Shown one piece after another: positions 25,283 to 58,283 of a stretch of 64,000 bases of DNA. Below the pieces are notes generated by a model. That model made no database searches and was not told the DNA's origin. It saw only the letters and a program-made list of their open reading frames with translations. The first letter of the stretch is position 1; every line of letters begins with the position of its first letter. This DNA comes from Amphiscolops sp. MND2022 (taxonomy: Eukaryota), in contig OZ076409.1 in NCBI GenBank assembly GCA_964187785.1, forward strand, positions 68,760,001-68,824,000, written 5' to 3'. Made by a program: the position numbers and the translations under genes.

Positions 25283-27274
25283 CAAGTCACACTATTATCA
25301 AAACTTCATCAAACTCACAGTGCCTGAAAATAACCGAACTAACCTGCATAAGGAAATAAAAATGATTTCTCGAAATTTAACTTTTCTCCGAGGAAAAACT
25401 CATAACGCCGCAAAAGGAGCTTCATGCTCGCCAAACGCCTTTTTCATATCGAAACAATTTATAAAAGTGAAGGGCATACCTTTGATATTAATAAAAACAA
25501 TTTCGAAAGCAAGTCGCACATTGCCTAAAAAATCATTGGTGAAGCTCATCAGTTCCACAGGATCAAAAAATAATCGAAGTAACAATCAAAACAATAATAA
25601 GTCGAATCAGTAAGTCGAATAGCGCCAAGAAACCTAAATGGTCCATCTATGCTCGCAAAAGCTTTGTTTCTGCTGAAAATCGAGGGAGGAGGTTTAGGTT
25701 TTTACCAAATTAGACGAAACGTCGCATAGTGCCGAAAAACCCAAAAGGGAAGTTTTGGGCTACCCTCTACTCTGCAAGCACTAAAACACCGAGTTTAGAG
25801 CGAGACTCGGAAATCCGCGTTAACCTCAAGGCCAAGTGGCAGCTAGATATTGTCGAGTTACAGCTATGTAACTGCTTATAGTTATAGAAGTGCTTTCAGA
25901 AATCTACCAGTTCGCTGGCCTCAAAAGGAACTGCTATAGTCAGTTCTTTTCTTCGAAAAATGCCGACTAAAGATAGTTCGCCGATGGCTCGACTCGAGTT
26001 TCAAAAAAAGCAAGGTTCTTAAATAGGCAAAGGACATTTTGTTAAAAGTTTATCAATTACTCAGAGCCAAAAATACACCATACACATAACCCAAAATACC
26101 ATACTCCATACAAGTGCCATAAAATTATCCCAAACAAAAATTACCCGAGATACGCACAAGATTTGGTAACCAATTTTCCCCAACTGCAAACTGAAAATAA
26201 ATTTTATTTGAATTTTTTTCGGAAAAATCTCATGGTGCCGAAAAAACTTGGAACTACCAGCTCGCGAAACTACCTTTTCTCAAGACGAAATCAGCTATGA
26301 AAGCAGGAGGGTACCTTTGACCAAATCAAAGTTGCGGAAAAAACGCAGAGAGCCAAAAATGGTTAAACAAAGTACGATAAAGTACTGAGAATAAAACATC
26401 GGTTCGGTTAAGTTGAAAAAAATAAGGTCTCACAATACCGAAAAAAAATCCAAAGAAAGGTCCCTTTGACTTCAAATGATTTTGTATCAATTCTAAGTAT
26501 CCGAAAAATTAAAAGGGGAGACCATTTTGTATCATTGAAAATTCTCCAAAAACGCTATAACAGGTATACGTTATATCCGGTTTGCGCCAAAAAATCCAAA
26601 GGCGGACACTTGGGCTTCAAATGATTTTGTACCGACTCTATCCTAAAAATCGAAAGGGGGCTCTTTTGAACATTGAAAAAATCTCCAAGAAACGTTATAT
26701 CCGGAATTCGTTATATCCGGTTTGCGTTAAAACCGGTATAGGTTGTTATTGTCGTTATTACTCCTTTAAAGCTCAAATGTAGTATGAAATGGGCCAAAAA
26801 GGACTTTGCCAAAAATGAACGTTTGGTATAACTATTCCGTCAGTCCGTTGGTCTTGAAAGAAGTCACTACAATAGTCTTTTTCACCGAAAGAGCCGACTA
26901 AACATGTAGACCGGGCCCATTCCACAAATCGGCCCCATTCGGGACTCAATATTTCTACAACAGCAAAAAATTCTGAATAAACATTACGATGCACTTGCCG
27001 CAAAAGTGGATTTTATCATCAAGTATAGTGGTTTCCATAAAACGAGAGCGAACCGTATTTCTCATATAGGACAGTGTGCTCATCGCTCATTTTGAAGTAC
27101 AATGTAATTAGAAATTGCGAATTCCCATCTTTGAGCGTAATTAGAGAAGTGTAAACCAGTCAAGAATTTTCAACCTAAAATTGGTTCAATTCCGTAACGA
27201 GTAAAAAGAGGACCAATTGGTCAATCTTTGATTACATTTCAGTTTTTGAGTATTTTGAGAAATTTCATTCAGTA

Positions 27275-27862
27275 AAAATAGGCCTCTCCGGCTTTTCTGC
27301 TTCAATCTTTCATTAATAATAGAATCATATCTGGAATACCAATACACTCCTGTTTAATCATTATTTAGCGCACAATTAAGCACTGTACCAGTTTATACCG
27401 CCTTTAAATCAGTTGTTAAAAAAATCTGTACAAGTAAATATCATCAAGTATTTCGTTCTAGAATCAATTTCGAACTAGAATCAATTCAGTCTTTTAGTAG
27501 TAATAGTAGTAGTAAATCTCGGACTAAGGCAAATATATATTTGAATGCAGGCGAAGCTCTCCGCGAAGGTATAATTAACACTCATACGCTTCGTCGCAAC
27601 TCGGCGCAACGAAAGCACAATTACGAACATTGGCTCGCTTCATCTCAATGACGTCAGCTTACGAATGCATAATTACCACTCGCTCGTTCCATCGCACGAG
27701 AATTGAATTGTCGTCGGCAGCTTGAGAAATTTAATTCTTACGCTTATAGTCATTGTCGAACAAAATATCTGAATTATTCAGTATCGTGCCAAGAATTGTA
27801 TTTTAAAAAAGTAGACATTTTGAGATTTCAATAATATTCCTGCTAAAGCAGAAATAATAAAA
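27275..27862 (-). mobile_element. Family C copy (degraded)
   Basis: AAAATAGGCCTCTCCGG left end, shared core, GCAGAAATAATAAAA right end. Confidence 0.7.
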
Positions 27863-29472
27863 ACGGGGGAAAATAGTCAAAGTTTTATTACTTTACACTA
27901 ATTAAACACAACTCCCTATAGCTTCATTTCATGAAATTGCTTCACATTTTAATTGAAGCCGTTTATTAGTGGGAATTAGTCAAAGTGCATAATCGTAAAA
28001 AGTGTAAAATAGTCCCTTACATCATTTTGATCACTACGCGTAATGCCAAATCACAGTGTAACGCGCAAAACACCTGACGAGTATTTAAAACAATAACTCT
28101 TATTGGCTGGTAATCGAACTAGCAAGAACTTGCTAGTTCGTTGCGGCATATGTATCGTAATGAATTCCAAAAGTTGGACGTTCATGAATTTCATAAATTA
28201 TTGGGGTGAAATTAGATTTGAACTTCTGCAGTGAGGTATCACGAATAAACTTAAAATTCGTGTTTAGTTCAAGTCAAAGTATTCACAGAAAACTGCTAAT
28301 TCTATTTTTTTTTCGCCAGAATTGGCAATTTCTACTGTAAGCGAGTCGATATAAGCAACCCCACGGAAGTCGGTGAAATTGACAAAACTGCATTCGCGCT
28401 TATAGCCACAATACGAAACTTAGGACATCTCTGATGAAGAATCTAAGATACCGCGAATTGAATTGCAGCTCCACAAAAAATCCTGGTGTTCTGACCTGTT
28501 ATGACTCAACCTGCATTTCGGTCGTCGCTTTCTGAAATTGTAGTCCCGAAAAAAGTAGTACAGTCCAGAAAAAATATCAAGGGTATCCATGTAAAATAAC
28601 CGAAAGTACATTTTGTCATCTGACGAAAAAACAAGTCGGCGCCACGCTTAGGGCTCAAAAAGCGCAAAATCTTTTCCATATGCTGAAAGGCTGTTTCACT
28701 GAAAATTCTGAAAAAATCTCAATGCCGAAAATTACCTTTCTGGCTTGAAAACACCTCATCGCAAAATTTTTTAAAGAGGGGGGAACCCTTTGGAGAATAT
28801 TGAAAAGTTTCAAAAAAGTCGCCCGAAGTCGAAAAATGCTAAGGTGGGGGCTTTGCTACTTTCTAGCTTTTTATAGCAATTTAAAATTTTGCGGCCACGT
28901 GGAAGAAACAAGCCAAAGGTTCCGTTTGCCGACTTTAAAAACGATTGAGCTAATTTGAAGGACTTTAGCCGTCAGCGGGTGCCGACGTTGTTACCTTTCG
29001 AGATGCCACTAATTCATATACCAAGAAAGGTAAGACCTAAGCAGCATTTAATGGTTAAGTTAATATCGCTATCTGCAGGCTCGGAAACTTTCCTATGAAA
29101 AGCTACAAATAACTCAAATACTCAAAGATCCATAAGATACAGTATCATATTAGATTCAACTAGAACAACAGCGAAAAGTTGGTTGAGAAAAATATCAATG
29201 AACAGAAAAATGAATCTAATTATTCGAAGTTTGTTCAGTATAGGAAATCAACAAGCACAAAAAGAAAGTTTCCTGGACATATAACCGATACTTCAAATGC
29301 AACATTGAGATGATACAACGCCAAAAGAGATTCAATAATCTCTGAAGTGTCGCGATTGCTCCAAAAGACTTCGAAATACAAGAACGGGTGAGGTGAATAC
29401 ACAGGCATGCATTGATGCTTCAAATCTCATTTTAAGCACCCTCTTTGATTTGGCATTGTCGCCAAGATTGCA

Positions 29473-49816
<20,344 letters not shown>

Positions 49817-51365
49817 TTTCTCTGGAAATATAATGTAATTTGAGTATTGTACAAAAAAGTCGGATCATGTCAAGAATCTGAACTACAAAATACATCTAAG
49901 CCCAAATTGTCTCTATTCGACTAACAAACAGCTAAGTGACATTATTTTCTAATACAGATGATTTAGCTTTTTACTCGAATTACATCCCTCAAAAACCACT
50001 TGTCAAAACGAAAAAGTACACTTGAAAATTTTCCTTATTAGAAGAGTGCGAAAAATGTTCAAAAAGAATTTCAATGTAACGTTGAACTTTTCATGTATGG
50101 CGAACTTCATGAGAACGCTGATAAAATCAAACCGGTTTAGCAGTTATTTTTCAAAGCAAGCGTTTTCAACAAGAGTCTTTGTATATAAGTTGCTCTAGAG
50201 TAGCTGAGTGCAAAATTCCGAATGCGCCAAAAATTAAAATAGAAAATGATGTCAAATCGGTAATTTTGATTCGGTTTCAGTGAAAGTAATTGAAATGAGA
50301 AAGTTTTACTTTTGACAAATGCTCAACTGCTTAGCCAATGTATTAATCCGCTGTGAAACTTTTCTCTTGCGAAATCACCAGTGCTTGTTTTTTAGTACTT
50401 CGTGTTAAGATGAATTGGACCAAATCTAAAATTTAACCATGAATGCAGTGACAATTACTGACGGTTTTGACCATATTCAGAAACACTTTCCCGGTAAATT
50501 ACTGGCTCCGAAAAAAACCCATGTTTGCTAACTTTGACTAGTTCATTCATTAAAATAAGTACCAGGGGTAGCAGGTCAAAATACCCTAAGCTACGGGTAT
50601 TCACACTTTGAATATTAATCTAGGTTAAAATATTCCAAGTTAAAAACCCCACGTTTAAATAACTCTAGTGACCTTAATGCAGGGGCGAAGCGGTGCGACG
50701 TGCCACAACTGGTCAAGTGGTTGATTTCGACGAAGACCGACGCGGAAGGGCGCAAAGCACCCTGGAATGAGGAATACAGATACATAAAACCAATGTTTTG
50801 ATTCCATTATATTCAGGAGATTTCAACATAGATGTTCGTCTAGATTTTAACTTATGACCATGCCAGGACGCGGAGTCCTGCTTCATACTAGACTAAATAT
50901 TAGATAATTTGGCCAGTGAATCAATTTTAATGTTTGCCCGGGCCATGATCACGGCTGAATCATTGTAGATCCTATTTTTACATGTTGAGCAACCGCACAA
51001 ATAAACGAAAGTTTGAGAAGAACTAACATTTTTTAACCTCATTTAACCAAAACCGACATCGTAGAAGGATGAATCTTAGAAGACATGCGTTTGATACGCA
51101 ATAAGAATCGTAGTACGAGGTACATGATTGATACGATCTTGCCACTCGATAGGCGTGATGGTAGTGTGTGGGTCAACCTGGGTATTCAAATACTGACAGC
51201 GTCAATCACTTAATCCCCACATGGTAATGTCCGAAAAAATTCTTCGCCTAACCTCAACGAAAAAAAAACGATTTGGCTATTGAGAACAAGTCGTATGTCC
51301 AAAGTCGAATTCTGAAAATAGAATAGTTAGATTGCCTTCAAGTTATTTAGTCGACTATGAGACTG

Positions 51366-52394
51366 AACAAGCCGGAAACGGCCCAAGTCGGTGACCCGCT
51401 CACGTTACAAAGAACCAAGTTTCTTAAATATGCAAAGGATAATATCGTCAAAATTTTATCAATTTCTGTGCCGAAAAATACCCTCAGGGATACGCATAAG
51501 ACTCGAAAACAACTTCTCCCATCTGGAAACACAAAAAAAACGTTTAAAATTAATTTTTGTTGGGAGAAAGTCACAGTGCCGAGAAAGAAAAAGGAAGCTT
51601 TAAGCTCGCAAAACGTTTTTCTAAAGCCGAGAACATTTATGAAAGTGAAAGGGTACACTTTGACCAAACAAAAAATTTTCGAAGTCGCACTGCCATATTT
51701 AAACAGCGTATTTGTGGTTACTTCCACAATGACTGAGAAAACTCTCATCCGGTCCATTGGACCAAAAATAACTAATGAGGTCACCCTTTGGACTCCGAAA
51801 GTGTTTTCCTCTCAGAAAATATCAAAAAAAAATCAAAAATCGGAAAATTTTGGGGGAAAAACTTTCCATGATTTTTTTTAAAAAAACTTCGATAAATCGC
51901 TTGTGCCGAAAAAACCGAAGGTGGATTTGGAAAACGCTTTGTTCTTGCTAAAAAATCAAAGAGTGCACTTCGATTAAAGTAATTTTCGAAAAGTCGCATA
52001 GTGGAGAAAAATACCCGAAGGTCTCCCTACTTTTGCAAAAACAAAATTTATTTAGTGCGACACTCGAACCCTCGTACCCCTGCTTCTCGAATCTCGCCAC
52101 CACGACAAGAAATCCGCATTAAACACTAGGCCAAGTGGCAGTGAGACGTTACTAAGTTATGAAAATGCTCATAGACATCTCTCAGTTCTCTGGTCGTCAA
52201 AAATTCGGATCTACAAAATTTGGATATAGCGCAATATTTTCGAACCCCCACCTCCTTAGTTAAATGCATTTTTTTCGGATATAACGTCAAAAATTCGAAT
52301 ATGGCGTGCAAACCTCTGGGCCAAGAGGCAGTTAGACATTATTAAAATGTCACTGCTATAGTCGGCTTTGACTTCGTAAGCGCCAACTAAAAAT
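51366..52394 (-). mobile_element. Family A, old diverged copy
   Basis: AACAAGCCGGAAACGGCCCAAGTCGG ... GCGCCAACTAAAAA; B-box relic at ~52055-52075. Confidence 0.6.
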
Positions 52395-52965
52395 CAAATT
52401 CAAAAATTACCACCTCTCCAGGTCGATCCTCGTTAAAATATGGATAGTTTTGCATTCTTGATAATCTTAAACGATTCGACAGCACAGAGCATTTTTGATA
52501 TTTTCGACCCATGGGATTCGTAAATCTTTCATCTTGGTGAGAAAAATTCAACTTTACTAGTTAGCAACCATTTTCCAATCGTTCTTTGGGTTCAGTTAAA
52601 CAAATTACTTTGAAGAAAATATGTAACCAATTATCTAACAAACAGGATCTCCGGTCAAGGATGACAACAAAGGGGCATCGATAACATATACCTTAGAAAG
52701 CCGTTGTCAGCAAGAAAGTGATCATTTTTAAAACTTTACCATCTTTTCCAATACTTTTTGAATGATCAAAACTTTATTTCAGAGGAACCATTGGAGGATG
52801 TAGCGATATTGTAAATCAATTTGATAATTTATGGCGAGGTCGGACATTTATTGAGCAAAAAGAAGTTACCATGCAGCGCTCTCAAAATTCCTAGATGCAG
52901 GAAGAATGTTTGAAACAATAATTCAGGGTAAATTACAAACTATAATTTCAATTAATTGATGCAAC

Positions 52966-54332
52966 TTATTTACTGCCGCCCATTTCAATAACAATTGCCA
53001 AATCATTTAGACACTGAATCTGACAAGTCGGTTGGCGAGATACTGAATCACAATTTCTGTTGTCTGGGTTGTACCACACTGTTTTCAGACCCGCGAAATT
53101 ACCTCCCAAAATGTCAGTGTCCAAAGAGTCGCCTACCATGACCGTCCGATTGGATTTTGTGTTCAACTGCTGACAAACTATCTCAAATATTCTGGGATCC
53201 GGTTTGTGTATTCCGTACTCTCCACTGATAACAACGGAGTCGAAAAGACATCCGGGTAAGCTTTCAACCACAGATTTGACCTAAAAAGAGACCATTGCGA
53301 GATCTTTTACAGCAGACACTACCCTCACTTTTAGAAACTTCGAACATTCGATCGTGGAAATATTTTCAGGCATAATTATAGTGTTTTTCTTCTCTCTCTC
53401 TAATTCGGTCCAAAAAGAGAGAAGCAGCGATATTTTCCCGATGGCAAAAAAGTTCTTGACATTTGGTGACTTTTAGTGAATAAGTAAATGTTTGTGACTC
53501 ATATTTCAATATATTGTCCTTTGAAAGTCAATTAAACGAATCTGAATTATTTACAGCTTTCAGGACTGGAGACAGATGTATCCTTTTGTAGATTAGAATG
53601 GAACTAACTTTAATTTCCTGTATATCTTTGGGTCCATTAGTTAGAATTCCTAACTTGAAGCCCGACTTCTTGATTTTCTCCAGCAGAATGGCAGTAGGAG
53701 GAGATATAAAGAATCCGGCTTCTCTTGTCTTGCTCCAAGTGTTGTTGCAATGGGTCGCTATCTTGTTAATGTCCATGGAATGTCTGGCGATGCTATCTGT
53801 GGGAATGTTCCTCTTGACTGCCTCGCACCACATCTCCAGCCGGATCTCATGAGAACTCTTACCAACGCTGAAGGCGTCAGTGTTCAATTCAGCACCAGAA
53901 CAGAGCAAGCCTCTGCAAGGAAAACGGTAGATAAAATCAAGTTAGCTACTTTTTAAAATTTTTTATAAACATCGTTGAAGCTGACGATTGAAATCTTCTA
54001 CATAAAACGAATTCAAAATAGTAATCACGCTTCCGAACTTAAACGATTCATTTAAACATTTTCTCTGCTGAAATTCATTGATATAGAAATGAAAAAGTCA
54101 GTATGACGAACAGTTGTGTTCTAAAACAAGACGTGGTCACTATTATAGCAAAATTCAAATACAAATAGTAGTTGACTGACTTGAAAGTGTCGATAACTTG
54201 GCGCGGGTTTTCGAAGATGGGGTAGCTTGAGTGCAGCATGTGATGGACTTTGTCGAATGCGAGCTTGTCGGCCCCCGTCGTGTCAATGAGCGTGTTGTCC
54301 AAATCAAACACTATTGCATCAATATTGTCCAT
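52966..54332 (-). CDS. NANP: N-acylneuraminate-9-phosphatase-like HAD hydrolase, ~256 aa; exons 54181-54332, 53609-53912, 52966-53280
   Basis: HAD motif I AIVFDLDNTLIDT, motif II GILTNG, motif III/IV KPDPRIF...VMVGDSLDTDILGG. Length and motifs fit NANP/HDHD4. Confidence 0.85.
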
Positions 54333-55171
54333 AGCACCACAACCAAAACGATACTTCAAGTAGAAGTTCTACTGCTGCTCAGACTAAAACAGAAACCGTT
54401 TCATTGAAATGTATGATAATTTCGTATTTGAAATGAACGATAACTTGATATGGCGTTGGAAAAAACGCCCGAAACGAAAGAACGGTAATAAGAAATTACA
54501 ATAACGTAGTCGGATCCTATACATCTACTAGTTCCCTAAATACAGGAGCAATGCGACGTGCCAGTACTGGTTCAACGGTTAGTTTTGACGAAGACAGATC
54601 TGAAAGGGCGAAGCGGCCCTTAAGGAAGAAAGCCAATTTATACAACAAAAATTAAGGAAATAAATTGTTCAACAAAATCTCCCTATTCCCTTCTCTTGTT
54701 TGGGCGTTCTTTCTCATGCAAAAATACCAATTTACTTCTATTGAAAGAACTCTCAGAACTTCTCAGTTTAACGAAGATTAAAACCAAATATCCAAGTTTA
54801 GAAAAAACTTTTGTTCAGGAACAACGAAATGTCAACCAAATAAAAGTACCATTAATTTATTCTGTTTCAATTCCCATTTGAATTGCTGTTTTTATATGGA
54901 GATAGTGGCAGTGCAAACATAGTAGAGCAAACTAAATATAATTGAGTGAAATTTCATCATAAAAAATCACAGAAAGCGAATTATGATGAGCACAGAAAAC
55001 TAAAATTTACCAATTGCTTTCTATTGAATGACATTCCACAGAAAAATAACATTTTAACAAGAAATCAATTGAAATTTACTGACCTATTAATATAAAAAGT
55101 TGCGCGATGATATGTGTAATGCAATTAAATAACGAAGTCTTGGTGGTTCTAGAGTGACGTCATGGTTATCA

Positions 55172-57845
55172 TCATTGGTAACAAGGGAGTAGTTTGATGT
55201 ACTCTGAGACCTTCTCCCGGAATAAGTTGCTTGTGATTGGCTGCTTCCAGTCGCACAAAGGGTTCTTCACTACGTATTCAACCCAAACCTGGAAATCAAT
55301 AAGGTCGAGTTAGGTTCGCATTTCAAAATCTTACTCAATGAACTATATCGTTCCGATAATTGGAGAGCGGTTTCAGTTCAGGGTAGTTGATAGTTTTCAT
55401 CACTAAATCAGCAGCAGCTAAACTTTTGATAGCCTTATGTGCAAGCTGAAGTACTAAAAACTGAGCAACTTTCATGTTTATTTTCAAATTTTTAGCCTTA
55501 TTGAAATAGCTAATTCCAAATTTTAGGACTTCCGGAGTGATAAAAGGGCCCGCCTTGAGGTTGCTATTTGAAAGAATACTCACAGTTTTGTGTAGTTCTT
55601 GAAGTATGTTTCGGATGTCTCCCACGGAGGGGTCGGTGGTGAGCACGAACACGATGCCCGAAGGAGTCTCGTAATAGTGCACTTTGGTCTTGTTCGTCTT
55701 GTATGACACGAACGGCTCCTTGCCTGTGTCCGTCGGAGACACTCTCTGCATAAAATCCTTCAGAGACTGCACGATGCCAAGCATATTATCCTTCAACAGA
55801 CCAGGAACTACTAAGAATGCAATTACCAAAAGCTCACAGTTGTGGGTAAGTCATCTTCATCAAACGATTGATTGGCAGACAATTGAGTCAACTTACTTTT
55901 GCCGGCGGATTTGAAAATAGGATCTCAATAAGTTGCGAACTTTTGAAGAAAACCAATACTTGCGAACTTTTGAAAACCAAACAAGCAATATCATAAGGAG
56001 AACCAAGGGTAAAAGGACATTGAAATTTCATCAATTTTACAATATACAGCGCCAAAAAATAATCGAAAGAATACGCATAAGTCTCGAAAACAATTCTTTC
56101 CCAACTGAAAACAGCAAAAGAACCATCTTTCTCAACGAAAAACCTTTGAAAAACAGAAAATTGAAGAAAAAAATTTTCGAAATTTTTCGAAAATATTTTT
56201 GATGGTCTCCGGTAAGTCGCATAGTGCCCAAAACCTTGAGGAGTCCTTAACTCTCGCAAAACGCTTCGTTTCTGGCAAAAATTGAGGAGGGGCTTCGGTG
56301 AAACGAATTTTTAAAAAAGTCGCATGGAAAAAACACCGGTCTTTTAAAACAACAAAAATCGGATATAGCGTGCCGGACCTGAGAAACCTAATTTTAACAC
56401 GAAACTTATTCCTTCTCCAAAATGTCACAATGCCGGAAACTGTGAAAGAGGGGACCCTTTGAGATTTTTTAACATCCATTATGTTGCAAAATTTCAAAAA
56501 ATTGAAGGGGGACTCTTTGGAGTCTTCAATAAAAAAAAATTCAAAAACAAAAAATGAGAAATTTTAATGGCAGTCTCATAGTGCCGAAAAATCTGAAAAA
56601 AACCCTTTGGGATTCTCTTTAACATTCGTTCTGTTGCAAGATATCAAACAAAGAGAAGGGTGGACCCTTTGTAGACATTAAAAATTTTTGAAAAAAAAAA
56701 ACAAAAAATGAGAATTTTGAACAGTCTCATAGTGCCGAAAATTCTGAAAAAAGGGACCCTTTGGGATTTTTAACATTCGCTCTGTTGCAAAATATCAAAA
56801 ATTGAAAGGAGGACTCTTTGGGGACATTAAAAAAATTTCGAAAAAAAGTCTCACAAAGCCGAAAAGTCTCATAGTGCCGAAAAGTGAGAACCTTCTGCTT
56901 CGGAATACTTGTAAAAAATAAGCGCATACCCACGGGTTCGAACACGAAACCTCTGGGTTGAAAAGCAAGCATCTTACCACTAGACCACGTGAAATGTGCG
57001 ACTTGCCGCGTGAAATGAGTTGTCGCGCGGAAAAAAAGTATTCGCACTTTCCCATAACACTTGCTTATCGCAAGTGTAATAAAAACAATCAAGTTTCAGG
57101 GAAACAAGACGGGAACGTCTAAAGTCGGCGCTATATCTAAGGCTCAAGAAGCGCAAAGTTTTCTAAATATGCTCAGGACGTATTCATGAAAAGCTTTGAA
57201 AACACTTTCGAGACACCCAAAGTGTGCCTTTCATGCTCGATATGACTGGAAAATCACTGTTTCCCGACTGGGAACAAAATTTGAAATTTTTTTGGAAAAT
57301 TTTTTTTGAAAAAAATTCGAAATTGTCGCATAGTGCCGAAAAATGAAAGGGGGGACCCTTTGGGATTCATTAACATACATTCTGTTGCAAAATATCAAAA
57401 AACTTGAAGGGGGACTCTTTTGAGACCTTAAAAAAGTTTCGAAAAAAATTTCGCACAGTGCCGAAAAAAATTGAAAGGGGGGGGACCCTTTGGTCTCTTC
57501 CGGTTTTGTAGGTTACGTAAAAAAAGGTAAAAAATGAAAGGGGGGACCCTTTGCACTAAGTTTCCATTGGCCTGACTTGGCCTGAGTAGTATTATCGGTT
57601 TCTGTAAAAAGTGGTACATACGCGATGAACTCTGTGGTCTGACGAAAAAAAAAGAAAAAAAAAACTAGCCACTGTAATAGTCGGGCTTTTTCCCTAAAGG
57701 AAAAGGCGCCGACTAAAAATAAAAGCGAAGTTACTTGGTCATCTTTCTCCTTGAAGTCCTGGCCCTTGTGACGACGATTGAACTCACTGTAGTACACACA
57801 CTTCCTGACGTAGAGGTTGAAGATATAAAAATTGAAAATCGGCAT
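55172..57845 (-). CDS. TRAPPC1: TRAPP complex subunit 1 (Bet5), 144 aa; exons 57735-57845, 55584-55790, 55172-55288
   Basis: Spliced translation MPIFNFYIFN..CVYYSEFNR|DNMLGIVQSLKDFMQRVSP..SYKTNKTKVHYYETPSGIVFVLTTD|VWVEYVVKNPLC..SNLFREKV matches the sybindin/Bet5 family. Confidence 0.92.
55930..57080 (-). mobile_element. Family B copy (hairpin end missing) in TRAPPC1 intron 1
   Basis: Colinear with 43018-44166; ends in ACACTTGCTTATCGCAAGTGTAA. Confidence 0.8.
57103..57719 (-). mobile_element. Family A copy in TRAPPC1 intron 1
   Basis: Intact ends; close inverse of 61336-61956. Confidence 0.8.
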
Positions 57846-58283
57846 AAAGGCACACCTTCCCAACGCTCAATTTCTATCTGCTGACCAAATCAATTATTCT
57901 CATTCAAAAAACATCTGAAAAACCAATTCGCGTGAATTGGAACTGCCATGGCGAGACTTCTGGAGAATGATCCTGTAATTTTCTGTGCTTGAAAAAGAAG
58001 ATTCAAAAAAGTTACATAATAGAACTAGAAACTTCGTTACTCAGAAAGAAGACAGTTACAAATTTAGGACAGATCATGGGGACAAGCAATAGAAAATTGG
58101 AAAAAATTTTGAACTAGAAGAAAAAGCAAAATACATATTTACATTTTGAACTTATTGGAAATCTTATAATAAATATTTACAACTTTAGAACTAAATGGGA
58201 CACAGAGAAACAGAGATAGAGGTTTCGAACAGTTCAAAATCCTTTGATCATACGGCAAACAGGGCTGAGATTGAGATGACTAG

